Positions 23,260 through 36,059 are shown, counted from the first letter of the stretch. The stretch: DNA of 64,000 nucleotides from Carcharhinus longimanus (GCA_030264375.1 JASCQW010000109.1:21646421-21710420); one strand, 5' to 3'. The notes: generated from the letters alone by a model not told the origin. Program-made: numbers and translations.

Positions 23260-23900
23260 TGTGAGGAGACTAAGGCACTGCATGTTTTTATAAAATGTAT
23301 GTAGATAACCTCAGGGTCATTCTGAAATTTTCAAAAACTGGACAAAGACCTAATTGTTGAATTTGTTTGTGACTCCTGAACAAAAGCAGTTCCCTGGTAA
23401 TATCTCTGAGAAGAGTCTAATGACACATTGTCGGCCACACAGACCAAATTCGGAGGGAACAGTACAAGGGCCTTTCATTATACAGGTTGGCCAACCAGGT
23501 CTGCTCACCTGCTAGGTCAGAGGGCCCACAACCACCTTAACAATTGACACAATTAACCATCTCGTGGAACCAGATGAGCAATACACAATCTTTTTCAAAG
23601 AAACTATGAAGAGATAAGAGCAATGAGACAGGGAACTCCAGCTTGCATCCCCAGTAATATTGTTTTGCTGCGCTGAAAAATCTAAGTCTGCCTTTTTGCC
23701 ATCTGACAAGTAGCTTCAAAAAGGAGGCTCTGCCCAGACATGGCCACATATACACTATTTCTACTGGGACACCTATACCTTTACCTACAAGGTTGAGTCA
23801 CCTCTGCGCGTCTATCAAGTCAAGATCACTGGAAAAGTGAATTGACCAGCATCAGTTTTAAGCCTATTGACCCTTGTGAAGGAATTCCTTATTGGACTTT
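23260..23900. mobile_element. Possible decayed solo LTR
   Basis: Begins TGTGAGG abruptly at the CR1 break; LTR-like composition only, no TSD confirmed. Confidence 0.25.
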
Positions 23901-23984
23901 GATTCAGGATTCTGGAATGCATGTAAAATATTTATTTTCTGAGATCTCTGCACTGTAAATCATTTTTTTCTTTTTCCCTCTTTA

Positions 23985-24685
23985 TTATTGTTCCCATGTG
24001 TCTGCTGCCCTTGTTCTTCCAGTGGTTCTGGGGTTGGCAGAGCTGTCTAAGGAGCTTTGAGTTCCGGCAATGCATCTTGTAAATGTTTCACACAACTGTC
24101 AGTGTGTGTGTATGGATGGTGAAGGGATTGGATGCTTGTGGATGGGGTGCCAAATCAGGAAGGCTGCTTTGTCCTGGATGGTGTCAAGCTTACCAAATGT
24201 TGTTGGAGCTGCACTGTTCTAGGTGAGTGGAGAATATTCCATTGCACTTATTGATTTCTGCCTTGTAGATGGTGCACAGGCTTTGGAGAGTCAGGAGGTG
24301 AGTTACTTACAGCAGGATTCTTAACCTTTGCCTGCTTTTGAAGTCACAGTATTTATATGGTTGGCCCAATTCAGCTTTTGGTCACTGGTAGCCCCCAGGA
24401 CGTTTATAGTCGGGGATATAGCAATAGTTATGTCATTGAGTGTTGAGGGAGTTGGTTATGTTCTTAAACGTTGGAGGGGTGATTGCCTGGCACTGGTGTG
24501 GTGCGAATGTTACTTGCTACTTTTCAGCGCAGTCATGGATATTGTTCAGGACTTGCCACATTTGGATATGGATTGCTTTGGTATCTGAAGAGTTGCGAAT
24601 GGCATTGAACATTGTAAAGTCATCAGTGAATGTCCCCATCTCTGACTTTAGAAGGAAGTTCATTGATGAACTGGCTGAAGGTAGT
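23985..24685 (-). mobile_element. CR1-like LINE RT C-terminal fragment
   Basis: Minus strand THLLTLQSLCTIYKAEI..MEYSPL...LDTIQDKA and FTDDFTMF (decayed FADD). Confidence 0.8.
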
Positions 24686-24689
24686 TGGG

Positions 24690-25450
24690 TCTATTCAGCA
24701 CAGGAGGAGGTCATTTGGCATCTTGTGCCTTTGGCAACTCTATCAAATGGTTGTACACTTCCCTGCTTTTTCCCTATTGTCCTGCCATTGTTTCCTGTTC
24801 AATTATATACACAGTCCCTGTGAATCTGCTTCCACTACCCTTTCAGGCAGTGCATTCCACAAAATCCTCCCTTCTGGTTCTTTTATCTTAAATCTGTGCC
24901 TTTGAACACCTGGCTGTGAAAACACTTTCTCTTGACCTATATTCTATCAAANNNNNNNNNNNNNNNNNNNNNNNNNNNNNNNNNNNNNNNNNNNNNNNNN
25001 NNNNNNNNNNNNNNNNNNNNNNNNNNNNNNNNNNNNNNNNNNNNNNNNNNNNNNNNNNNNNNNNNNNNNNNNNNNNNNNNNNNNNNNNNNNNNNNNNNNN
25101 NNNNNNNNNNNNNNNNNNNNNNNNNNNNNNNNNNNNNNNNNNNNNNNNNNNNNNNNNNNNNNNNNNNNNNNNNNNNNNNNNNNNNNNNNNNNNNNNNNNN
25201 NNNNNNNNNNNNNNNNNNNNNNNNNNNNNNNNNNNNNNNNNNNNNNNNNNNNNNNNNNNATGCCCCCTAGTAACAGCTACATCCACCCAAGGAAATAGTC
25301 TCTGCACGTCCACTCTATCAATCCCCCTCATCATCTCATAAACCTCTATTAAGTCGCCTCTTATCCTCCTCCGCTCCAAAGAGAAAAGCCCCAGCTCCCC
25401 CAACCTTTCCTCATAAGACCTACCTTGCAAACCAGGCAGCATCCTGGTTA
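24690..25450 (-). mobile_element. CR1 LINE 3' end fragments spanning a gap
   Basis: ORF 24888-25442 MLPGLQGRSYEERLGELGLFSLERRRIRGDLIEVYEMMRGIDRVD...TRGH is the canonical CR1 ORF2 C-terminus. Confidence 0.92.
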
Positions 25451-26025
25451 AAGGATCCTGGTATAGAGGGGATTTTTCCCTTGGCTGTGATCATAGTGAG
25501 ATTAATATTACATTTCTTGTGTGGAGTCGATTACATTTGTCCAATGAAAAGGTTCTGAGACAATAAAGTAAATGCTGGGAAATAAATAATATTCTCCCTA
25601 CTTCTGGAGTACAGTTAAATGTGAAAATCCAAAAAATTTTGTCCAATCTGTGCTAAGTATTGCAGTCCTTGATGCTCGAATTGGTTTTGAAATGACTGCA
25701 ATGGTGTGATGTTGCTATACTTTCCCACTACCGACTCACTAAAAATAATTGAAAAGGTTAGGTGAATTTTTTGTGATAAGTGATCATTACTGCTGAATAA
25801 GCTTCCTGCCCTGGAAGGAAAGTGTATTCTAAAAATGTGGGGTGTACTTCCATTAGAAATTTGGAGATTTAAATAAAAATATTTTTTAAACTTTTCTGCC
25901 TGTTTCTCACTTTCTTCCTTAATCCCATCTGTGCTTCTGAATCGTTTTCGCTTTCCGGTTTGAACTCTGCATGTCTCAGTGGGGATTATTCAGTCTAATT
26001 GGTTGAAGAGCCTGACCTCACCCAC

Positions 26026-26119
26026 AGCTGGGATTCTCTGGTCCCATTGCAGTGAATGGAGTTTTGGCTGAGTGTCAAATTCTCCATTCTCACTGACACG
26101 AGATCGGAGAATCCTGGTC
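26026..26119. mobile_element. Short Harbinger-type MITE
   Basis: GCTGGGATTCTCTG ... CGGAGAATCCTGGTC inverted ends. Confidence 0.55.
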
Positions 26120-27879
26120 TATATTAGTGGAACTTGCCTCTAACAAGCCTTCAAAATATTTGCGCACAAGTAACTTAACTGAGGGGCAGGGTGAACCCCA
26201 TTTCTTCAATGCTGAGAAAAATCACCACCATTATTTTTTAAAATGAGAATTTTAAATGAGAAGTTGGAACATTGTGACATCTAGACTGATTGCAATAAAA
26301 TTAAACACGTTTTACTTCATTATTATTGAATTAGTAATTTCCTAAATTGCCACTTAATGAGGAGGAAACCTTATCAGTCTGCTCTTTGTAAGGTCATTCC
26401 TAATATCAGTCATCGTCATTCTAGAGTTAGATATGGACAAATATTGGGAGTTGTAATTTTTACTTCGTTGAATCTCTTCAGTGATGTTTCTGGAAGGTTC
26501 TCATAGATTTGAACATTGGGCATTCTGGAGGCACAAGGTCCTGATTTAAAAAAAAACATTATTGGTAGCTCCTCAAACAGAAATAAGATCATTGCACAAA
26601 AGTTTAATAATTTTCTTACAAATGGTGTAGTTTTTGCTTTAGTGTATTCCTAGCATTATTTCCAGATGTAGATACTCATGTTAGTGAAGAAAGCAAAATG
26701 TGGTATTACTATTTCTAATATTATCTCTTTTTAAAAATTGGAGCAGTGGGGAAATATTATAAAGAAAAAAAAATGTAGATTCTAGACTGTCTTACTGAGG
26801 AGGAAGAAATAAATTCTGATCTGTTAATCCTTTAACTTGGTAAAAGTGGAAATTTTCTGTGCATTTAGAGGTGAACGGTCATGTCTGCCTTTCATATGAC
26901 CAAGTATATATTAAAGAAATAACATTGTGAAAGTTCATGTTCACCTTTATCAGCTTTCTGTGCTTTGGTGTATGTTTCTTTTTCATGTCAGGCTGCCACA
27001 TTTAAGATTAAACAAAAAGAGGATGAAAACCAGTGTAAGCCCAAACATAGGTTAATGGTATCCTGGAGGCATTTTGTTCTACTCACTATATTGTTTTAGT
27101 TGGGAAAAGGGTGAAGTCACATTTTATCTAATTACTAATACTTTCAGCTTATCTGACATTTTTTGGGGGCTTTTTGTAATGCTGTATATAACTTTGACAG
27201 TAAGACAGTTGGCCACCGATTTGCTTTACTTTTAATATTATGAGATCAGTCAGGCCTGAAACATGTGGAAATTAGAGGTCAGCACAGATCATGCATGCTT
27301 AATGCTGACATTCTTTTTTAACATCTGCTGCAGCAGGTCATAGCAGTCACATTAAATTAGAATTTACATTTAAAAATATGGCTTTTAAGCAGGGTGATGT
27401 AACAGAAAACTCATTAGATGTATTTTCCCCATGCAATCAAACTTAGTTTTGTGTTCCATTAGTTCGAAATAATTCATGGATAGAAGTTAAATGAACAGTT
27501 CCTGTGAGTAATTTATGGAGCCAAACTTGTGCAATACAATCTTCAGTTTATGACCTAAGTCATATTTTTTCATGGTTATGTACCTATAATCTGCAATCCT
27601 TTTTAAATTGGATTGTGAATACATGGTCAGGCCATTGACCCGAGTCAGGTGACGTGCTTTAGGAAATGCCGTGGTGTGCAGCATCTGTCTTGGGAGGAAC
27701 TCAGATCTTGGTTCCAGGGGTCATGTATGGGACAGAAGTGGACCTGCTTCCCACAGACACAGATCGGAGGTGGCAATGAGGATTGCCAGATGTCAAGGCA
27801 AGCCTTGATTCTTCGGAGCTTTGTCCCAGTGGTTTTGTTAAATATTATGCTCTCATCCCTCAACCCACTCCTCATGCTC

Positions 27880-28112
27880 CAACCATGCCAACCCATGCCC
27901 CCTGCCCATCAATGATAGCCTCTCACAGCCTCCATGCCAACTCATACCCTTATCCACTCCCATGGTTCCTTATAGCCCCATGCCAACTTAGTGCCAATTG
28001 ATGCCAATGCCTGTTATCCCTTAGTGCCCATGCCAACATCTATGGTCCTTTAAAATTTCCATGCCAATCCCATCATCCTTTAACCTTACATCTCCATGCC
28101 AATGTACCCATG
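27880..28112 (+). repeat. Degenerate (C)CATGCCAA short tandem repeat
   Basis: About 7 copies of ATGCCAA/GTGCCAA in ~230 bp. Confidence 0.7.
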
Positions 28113-28319
28113 TGAAGATCTCAGGAACCATGTTGAGATTAAATAAAGGTATGCATATCTATTACTTTTTACTCAGAGCGGGATGTTAACTCTCATTCAT
28201 GAAGTCCCTTCAAAACCCTTAAATCCTCTCAAGCACTTAATCCTTTTTAAAAACAGACTTGTATTCATAAACCCATATTAAAGATGGCTAATCCTTTAAT
28301 AACCTCTCTGAACTGGCTA

Positions 28320-30055
28320 TTTCTGCATTATCCACTATTAACTCCCCAGCCTCCTCTTCCAAGCAGTCAACATTCACTTTAGCTACTCTTTCCTCTCTGT
28401 ATACTTATGGAAGCTTTTGCCATCTTTTAAAATATTTTTTTGCTAGCTTTCTTTCATAATTTACCTTAACGCTTTTATTAATTTTTTTAGTAGCCCTTTG
28501 GAAGATTGGTAAGCTTTTAAAGATCAACAGCGTGCTACTGGCCTTTGCAATATATTATTGTCTTCTTTGTTATCCTTATCTTCCTTGCTTAGCCTTGGAA
28601 CTATTTTCTCCCTCTTACAACCTTTCCTCCTCTCTTGAATATATTTTATTTGTGAAGATTTGATTATCTCCTTTAAATATCTGCCACTGTTCATTAACCT
28701 TTTAGTTTTCCTGCTCAGTCCACTTGGGCCAAATTGTCAACTTGATTACTCCAATATACATGTTAAAATCAACCACATAAACTAACCACAAATACCCTCA
28801 ATATTTCTTCATTTACACTGTGTCCCAATGCAGAACTACTGTTTGGGGACCTACAGATTACTCCCACTTTCTCCTTGCTATTTCTTGTTTATACCCAGAC
28901 TGATTCTACATCTTGGACTCCAGCACCTATACCATTTCTCACTACAGAACTGATCTCTTTCTTAACTAACGAATCTATAGCACCTCGTTTTCCTTCTTGC
29001 CTTTCCTTCTGAAATACTGAGTGTGCTTCAACGTTCAATTCCTAAACCTGGTTTCCCTGCAACCATGTCTCAGTAATCGCTTCTAATTTATAATCCTTTG
29101 TCTCAATTTGCACTATTAACTCAATATTATTCTGAATGCTTCATACACCCAGATACAAATCCTTTAAGTTTGTTTTATTATCCAATTTCCCTCCTCTTGT
29201 ACATTTCCTTGGTGCAATATGATTTTCAAATGATCTTGAATTACCTCTTGCTTTCTGTTGACATTCAGACTCATCAGTAAGCAGCACCCCTATGTTCTTT
29301 AACTTTGACTTCCTAATGTTCTATGCAACTGAATCCTACTCCCCACTATTTAGATTAAAACACACTCTACTTCCCTAGTTATCCAGTCCCCAAGAACACT
29401 GTCAGACCATGTTTCAGATGTAGACAGCAACAGCCCCACTTGCCTCAGAACTGATGCCAGTGCCCCACGAACTGAAACCCATTTCTGCCACACCAGTTTT
29501 TGAGACACAATTTCACCTCTCTAATTTTATGTATCTTTTGTCAATTTGCACATGGTTCAGGTAATAACGTTGAGATTATAACTTGGAGTTTCTATTCTTT
29601 AATTTAGTGTCTGACTCCTCAAACTGCCTACACTAAACTCCTTCCTCATTCTACCTACGTCATTGGTACCTACATAGACCAGGACCACAGAATTTTAGCC
29701 CCCCACTGCAAGTTCCCCCCCAGCCCAGAACAGATGTCCTGAACCCATGCCACCAAGCAGGCAGCATAGCCTTTGAGATTCTTGATCCTGGCTGCACAGA
29801 ATGATGTCTATATCGCTGCCTATAATGTCCCCATTTATAACTGCATGTTTCTTTTCTCCCCCCACTTGAACGGCTTCCTGAACCACAGTACCATGGTCAG
29901 TTTGCTCATCCTCCCTACTGTCCTTGTTTCTTGTCCATATAGGGTGTAAGAATCTCAAACTTGTTGGAGTTGGGCTGGAGCTGAGGCTCCTGCGGTGCTT
30001 TCTTGAATCCCTCTACCTGGCACACTCACTGTCACACCCTTCTGTCCCTGACCAC
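28320..30055 (-). mobile_element. CR1 LINE: endonuclease remnants and ORF1 esterase domain
   Basis: ITETWLQG-like motif (~29060); ORF 29695-29958 AVINGDII..IDIILCSQDQESQRLCCLLG (GDSL esterase-like ORF1); continues at 36060. Confidence 0.85.
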
Positions 30056-30699
30056 TGTAAGGGGAAGCTGATGCAATTTTTGAGAAAGCGGGCTGACAGA
30101 GCGGGAAATCGAGAAGTGAAATATGCTGTATAAACGCTTTGCAGGGGCAGGTGCTTAAAAACAAGTATGAAATCAGTTGCTCGCAGTCAAAGTAGTCATG
30201 GGTTGGGTATGATAAAGAAACGGTTACTGCGAACCATAAAAAGGGAGGAATAGGCGCCAAAGATAGAACAAGGGAAGAGAGATGTAGGCGGGTGAAGCTA
30301 GCTGAGCAGTTCACGATAAGGGAGCGTGGAAACCAAGGACAGAACTAGCTGAGCAGTTCACGATAAGGGAGCGCGGGAACCAATGAGCAAGGCAGGGGGG
30401 GAGGGACGTATGATGAACTCGCAAATGCATATAAGGTATAATCATGTATTACGTGTGTGTGTGTGCCTGCGGGACTGCACCCTTTCTTGCAAGATTGAAT
30501 AAACTGACGTAGAACGACTCCGCCGTGTCTTTGATTTCAAGAGCAGGGGGGGAAGGGGAGTGGGATCGGTGTCCCTAGAGGTGTCTCCTTGGACGGGCTC
30601 GTCGGTGGAAACCTAACGGTGACAACTGAGCCGATCGAGTTTCCCCCCCAAGGATTGAGTCAGTTGCTCGGGTGTAATCCATACAAACTGACTGGCCTC
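30056..30699 (+). mobile_element. Young LTR (ERV/Gypsy-like), 3'-truncated
   Basis: TGTAAGGGG start; 47-bp-period U3 repeat; CCAAT (~30380), TATAA (~30430), AATAAA (~30498); CpG-rich; last 65 bp repeated at 35967-36031. Confidence 0.85.
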
Positions 30700-33120
30700 A
30701 GAGAGGGAACCGCCCACATCTCGGACACTGCTGTCCTGCATCTTGGTCTGATGCTCCAAATTCACACCAAAGTCCCACTGCTTTTGGAGAGTGGGCTTGC
30801 ACTGTCTGATTACCATGTTGTATTATAACAACCTTGCTGTCTGTTCCTATCACTTTCCCAGGCCCTTTTCACTCTCTTTTGCCCTCCCTTTTATAGTAGA
30901 TCCTATTCCCTTTCTGAAAGTATACCCTCAATGGTCTTATGCGATGTCTTAGGGCCCTTCTTACCTGTTCTGAAACCTCAGCCTTATTGAAGGCCTTTCT
31001 CCCTACATGCATAGCGTTTAAATATGCAGAAAACATGGAGCTAATGCTTGTCCCTTCTAGCACCAGGGGAGCATCTATTAATACTGATGGCAACTTTGGA
31101 TTCCTCCCGTATATCAACTGGTATGAACTATAGCCCCCCACCATTTGTAGCGAATTTTTCACGTGCACGCCTCACGTTAATGCAACCTGCAACTTACAGC
31201 TCTTCTATGCAAAATGTCATCTATAACAGCATGATTCTTTTCACAGATGCCATTGCTGAATGGACTCTCTGCTGCAGTGTGCATTATTGCAATATTTAAA
31301 TTTTCACACATATCTTGAAACTCATCATTTGCAAATTTGCCCCATTGACAAAAATTTAGAGAGTGCCCCCAATCCTATTCCAATCCAGTGGCTCATAATT
31401 TTACCTATAATGGTCTTTTTATCTTTGCTGTAAATCACATGGATATGCTAAACTGGGTGGCCATGTCCACAAAGTACGTTGGATACATGCCTTTGTCCTT
31501 GTCCCATATCTTTAGATCCATCGCCACCACATCATTGTAATCTTGTGCTAATGGTAGACTCACAACTAGATGTGGGAGTGTTTTCTTTATTTTATGCAGA
31601 TTTCACATTGGGCTGATATTTCTTCTATGAGATCATAATATCCTTTGTCCAGCATCCTGCAGCAGTGCCCTCAGTCTCTGTGGTGCTGGATGACAAAACT
31701 GCTTATGGAGTTTCAGAGTAATCTTTTTGTTCATCATGCCGTTGTCTGTTAGCGACACTAATGTGTCATGAATCCCTTGGTCTGACAACTTCAGTCCGCT
31801 TAAAAGAAGACAATGATGGCCAGATCTTGTAAATGTATGTCCACAGTTTTCCCAAATACCACTGCTTTATCTTGTTTCAAATTGATGGCTATCTGAGAAT
31901 TCTTCATTGCAGACCTGCTTACCAGCAAAGGTATGTCACTGGAAACCACATTATAATTAAACTGATTCTCGCAGTCCAACAGAAAAGTATTACCCTTTTG
32001 GGGGACATGAAAGTGTTGTCATCTCCAAACCAAAAGCAGGTGGAACTATCATGTTGTTTCACTTTCTTTCAGTCTTCATGACTGAGCGATCCTAAATAAC
32101 AATCTTGGTCACAAACAGTGGATGTACAACCACTATCTAAAACAGCACGGTTGAAAGTCTATATTATGGGACTCAACTTTTCATCCACCAAAACAATACC
32201 TTTCTGGTCCTTATCCTTATCACTGTTGGTTTCCGCGTATTCTGTGTCACATGTGGATTCAAAGACAGGATTTCTTTTCATGCAGTTTATAATGTAGTGG
32301 TATGGGAAAATCGCATTGGAAACAGCGATTCACAATCCCTCTGGCATTCCATCGATTTAAACGTCTTTTATCAGTTTCCTATGAGGTCATTCCCCATTTT
32401 CAAATCAGTTGTAACTGTTTTCATCACTAGGCCTGTTAGTAACGTAACTGCCCCTGTTTAAAAGCTTTCGTGTACCATTTGGTCTGGTACATTGTTGAGT
32501 CACCATTGACTCCTCTGTTCTGGGTGCTTTGGCATTCCAGTCTGATTTGAACAAGGTGGTGGGCAAGGATTGTTTCCTGAAAAACTTCCTTTAAGTGATG
32601 TTGCTATTTGATCAAAGAAGGGTTCTGATTCCCTTAATTGTATCCCAGTCATTACCGAAAGAGTATCCATTTGCGACAGACATGCACAGTCCAACAACTT
32701 AAAGGCTAATACTGCATCGGGAATCTCCATTAGCCTGTTATGGCCCCTATCAGAATCTATGATTTACTCTTCCATGGATTGATATCTTGTTTCCTAAACC
32801 TGTCAAACATCACCTATCCTTCATAATTCTCCAAGTTTTTTTTATAAAACTTATCAAAGTATCATAGCAGGAACTGTAGCCCTTTTTCTTTATTTAGGGC
32901 ATTTGCCATCCAATCAGAAAATAATTTACTCCTTGTCTTGCTCTTATTTAGAAGTGACAAAGCTAATGCCATACCTTGCCTTGTTTTCAGTGTCATGGTG
33001 ACAAGGGTCCACATTTTCACTTCTGCCTTACATTGCTGATATGGTTCGGCATCTGAAAAGAAAAGGGGACAATCCAATCCCACTTGTTTACTTCTACCTG
33101 CTACCTGTTACAATGGGTTT
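30700..33120 (-). mobile_element. Ty1/Copia GalEa-like retrotransposon: gag-protease-integrase, truncated before RT
   Basis: gag PYQQCKAEVKMWTLVT..RQGMALALSL and IPDAVLAFKLLD; zinc knuckle RCFQCD..HYIINC (~32281-32330, frameshifted); protease AVLDSGCTSTVC (~32110-32150); integrase KLHKQFCH, DVVAMDLK, TAAESPFSNGICEKNH, KNSLQMVGGYSSYQLIYGRNP; integrase follows protease directly (Copia order). Confidence 0.88.
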
Positions 33121-33133
33121 TCCTCTGCTACCA
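33121..33133 (-). promoter_or_regulatory. Primer-binding site, tRNA-iMet
   Basis: Minus strand TGGTAGCAGAGGA, complementary to the initiator tRNA-Met 3' end, 1 nt after the LTR terminal CA. Confidence 0.88.
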
Positions 33134-33134
33134 A

Positions 33135-33402
33135 TGTCTCATCAGAAGTAATTCTTTAAACGCAGACAATAAAAATAGAACAAAACCTACTCCAACGTAT
33201 AAATCAAAGAATGGGTTTAATAAAGAAACATCATTACTCCACCCTGGGTCACTCCAAGCACCCCACAATTCCAAACAGGTTCTTATTTATAGCAAGTCAG
33301 CTGGTCAGCTGACTATTACATCACTCTATAATTGGTTCCATGGTTTGCTTGGTTAGCTGACCCTTACAGCTTGTTACCATTAGTAACATTACATCCAATA
33401 CA
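33135..33402 (-). mobile_element. 5' LTR of the Copia element
   Basis: Minus strand ends GAGACA before the PBS; contains CCAAT, TATAAATA and ATTAAA; start TG is at 33393 or 33402. Confidence 0.75.
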
Positions 33403-33419
33403 AAGTTGTCATCGGTTGC

Positions 33420-33830
33420 ATTCTAACAGGTTGGACTTCACTGGTAGCAGGCCAAGCTCAAGTGTGAGCATGAAAGTAAGATGATGAATTGAAATAGCAA
33501 GTGATTGGAAGGTTAGGGTCACAGATTACATGCTTACAGATTAAACGAAAATTTTCACAAAGCTGTCACCCAGTCTGCATTTGATCTCCCAGCGTAGAGG
33601 AGACCACATTGTGAGTAGTGAATACAGTAGACTAAATTGAAAGACGTACAAGTAAATTGCTGCTTCACCTGTTTGCAATCTTGGACAGTGAGGGAGGGAG
33701 GTGGAAAAGGGCAGGTGTTCCATCTCCTATGATTGCATGGGAAGGTGATAAATTGTTAAGGGTAATGGAGAAGTGGACTAAGGTTTCGTGGATGGGAACA
33801 GTCTCTTTGGACTTTTGCCGCTTCCCCATT
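33420..33830 (-). mobile_element. Penelope-like element GIY-YIG endonuclease fragment
   Basis: Minus strand QVKQQFTCTSFNLVYCIHYSQCGLLY, then CRLGDSF, matching the Penelope EN pattern FTC.S.N.VY.I.C..CG..YIGET.R.L..R. Confidence 0.8.
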
Positions 33831-34144
33831 CCTTGATGAACTTCACTGTAAAGAGTGAACCGTTTCATATATTAGATAATATACTGCTAACTATGATAAA
33901 AGTATTCTTGTCTGCTGACTGGTCACCCATTTAGTGCCTGCTTGCTGTCACAAAATTTTTTTTTAATCTGTCCTGTTGTCCATCCTATCATAGATACAAT
34001 AATGTCATAAAGCTGTCCAAGCAACCAATCACATTAACAGACTTTCAAATAGAAAATAAAACGCAATAAAAGAAATCCTTAAAAAGTAAATTACGTGGGT
34101 CAGATTAAAGATTAGGACATATACATTGGGTGGAGATAGATATT

Positions 34145-34379
34145 ATGTATGCCCCTAAGGATTAAGCCTGCATAAAGAATCATGAAGTAGGCTTGGTAAG
34201 TTGAACACTGGGAGTTCTTTATTAGAGTTGTGCACTGTTCCACAGTCAGATCTCAGAATGCCCAACTGGTTCCCACATTGGGTGGAGCTAATTGCTCAGG
34301 GGTCACCTGATCCGTTCTCTTGAAGGGGCGGTCTGCATCCCAATAGTGCATCCCCAACATACAGTACATACATATCACA
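34145..34379 (-). mobile_element. Probable short solo LTR
   Basis: Minus strand starts TGTGATATGTATG and contains AATAAA (TTTATT at ~34218); no clear TSD. Confidence 0.4.
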
Positions 34380-34914
34380 GTAGTAGCTAAAAATTAATTT
34401 TTAAAAATATTTTAAAACTCAACAACTAATCATTTAACAAAGCTCCATGAAGATAAAACCAACTTCTCAAAGCCAGCTCAATTAAATCTTCAAAATTAAC
34501 TCATCACATTGTTGTTAAAATCAGTTGCATCTGATTGAATAAAATGGAACTTTTTAAATGTGGTTCAAGCACTGATGGAGTGGGAAAGTTGAGGTTCTCA
34601 CTGATTTTAATAATTGCTGACTCTGGGGTGGGGTTCACAACTCAGCCTGTATTGGAGCTCTGAGTGAATGACTCTGAAACTGAGTAGTTTCAGAATTTCT
34701 GATGTTGACAGTTCACTATTAATACTCACTCCCCTGTTACAAAATCAGGCTGAAATGTTGTACGTCAACGCTGGTTTCCTTGATATGCAGGTCATATTCA
34801 CCTGGATCGGCAAGCCTATCGAAGCCCTTGAATTACACACTGCTCTAAAGGAAGTTTGTAATCTGAGGACACAGATTTAAGGAGATTGGTAAAGGAGCCA
34901 GAGGTGAGATAATT

Positions 34915-35230
34915 TTCTTTATTCATTCAAGGGATGTGGGCATTGCTGACTAGGCCAGCATTTATTGTCCAATCCTAATTACTTTTCAGCAGATGATGGT
35001 GAGCTGCCTTCTTGAACTGTGGCAGTCCATGTGGTGTAGGTACAGCCTAGAATGTTGTCAAGGGATATGCAAGTTATTGTGACCTGGAAAGCACTGTTTC
35101 AAAGGTGCTGGAAGCAGATTCAATAATACATTTCAAGAGGGAGCAGGCTGAATTGGATGAATTGGACAGCTTTTTCAGTGATTGAGCCGGCACAATGGGA
35201 TTAATTGCTTCCTTTGCGTTGTAAGGTTCT
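34915..35230. mobile_element. CR1-like tail (minus) adjoining CR1 3' UTR (plus)
   Basis: ATTCATTCAAGGGATGTGGGCATTGCTGACTAGGCCAGCATTTATTG (minus-strand tail); GAAGCAGATTCAATAATACATTTCAAGAGGGAG...GTAAGGTTCTA (plus-strand CR1 end). Confidence 0.65.
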
Positions 35231-35669
35231 AAGAAGATCTGGTACTTAGTGACTGTAAAGAAGCTGAATGATACATCATCAAAGATACCAAGGAAGACGA
35301 GGGAAGGATTATCTTTGACTGCAACATCTTAACTATTGTTTATCTAGGAATTTGGGAAGTGCTGTGGTAAGGGATGCGAGTGAAGTCCGCTTAATGGAGT
35401 ATCATGAATACCTATTAGTATATATAAAGTAGAAGTGGTTTTCTTTGGCTAAGGTTGATTTTAGTGATACTATCTGACGTATGTAGCCCAAATCTCCTTT
35501 CCATTATTAGATGAGCTGTAGAACAACCCATTAGTGATTGACTCTTTGATTCTTCAAGTTACATCTATCCATAAGAATTCTATTTTTGTCTTACTGATAG
35601 TTGCATCCCTTTCTTCTAATGCCACTACAGCTACTTGCTATTTTCCTTATTTCCTCTTTGATCAGGTTG

Positions 35670-35866
35670 CATGTGAAATAACTCCTCAGAGGCCTGTGTC
35701 GCTTCACCAGATTCTCTGTGATTGTTCTGCTCCTAGAGTGCTTCAGATACGCAGTCAGAATCCGGAGTGCCAGAAGATCTGACACGCCCAGTTTTATATA
35801 TAGGTGAGGCTCCCTGATCGGGCAGGCAATTATGACCAACCTCATATGTCTCATTGAAGTTATTAC
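35670..35866 (-). mobile_element. LTR-like fragment abutting the gap
   Basis: CpG-retaining block with a minus-strand TATATATAAAA box; ends in the N gap. Confidence 0.4.
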
Positions 35867-35966
35867 NNNNNNNNNNNNNNNNNNNNNNNNNNNNNNNNNN
35901 NNNNNNNNNNNNNNNNNNNNNNNNNNNNNNNNNNNNNNNNNNNNNNNNNNNNNNNNNNNNNNNNNN

Positions 35967-36059
35967 ATCGAGTTCCCCCCCAAGGATTGAGTCAGTTGCT
36001 CGGGTGTAATCCATACAAACTGACTGGCCTCGGGTTGGGTACCACCTACTTCTCACACA
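35967..36059 (+). mobile_element. 3' end of the LTR family seen at 30056
   Basis: 64/65 identity to 30635-30699, ends CTTCTCACACA, followed by CCAC matching 30052-30055. Confidence 0.9.

Noticed and set aside
30298-30385. 29-bp direct repeats with an 18-bp spacer, superficially CRISPR-like
   Set aside because: Only two copies, inside an LTR U3, eukaryotic context, no cas genes.
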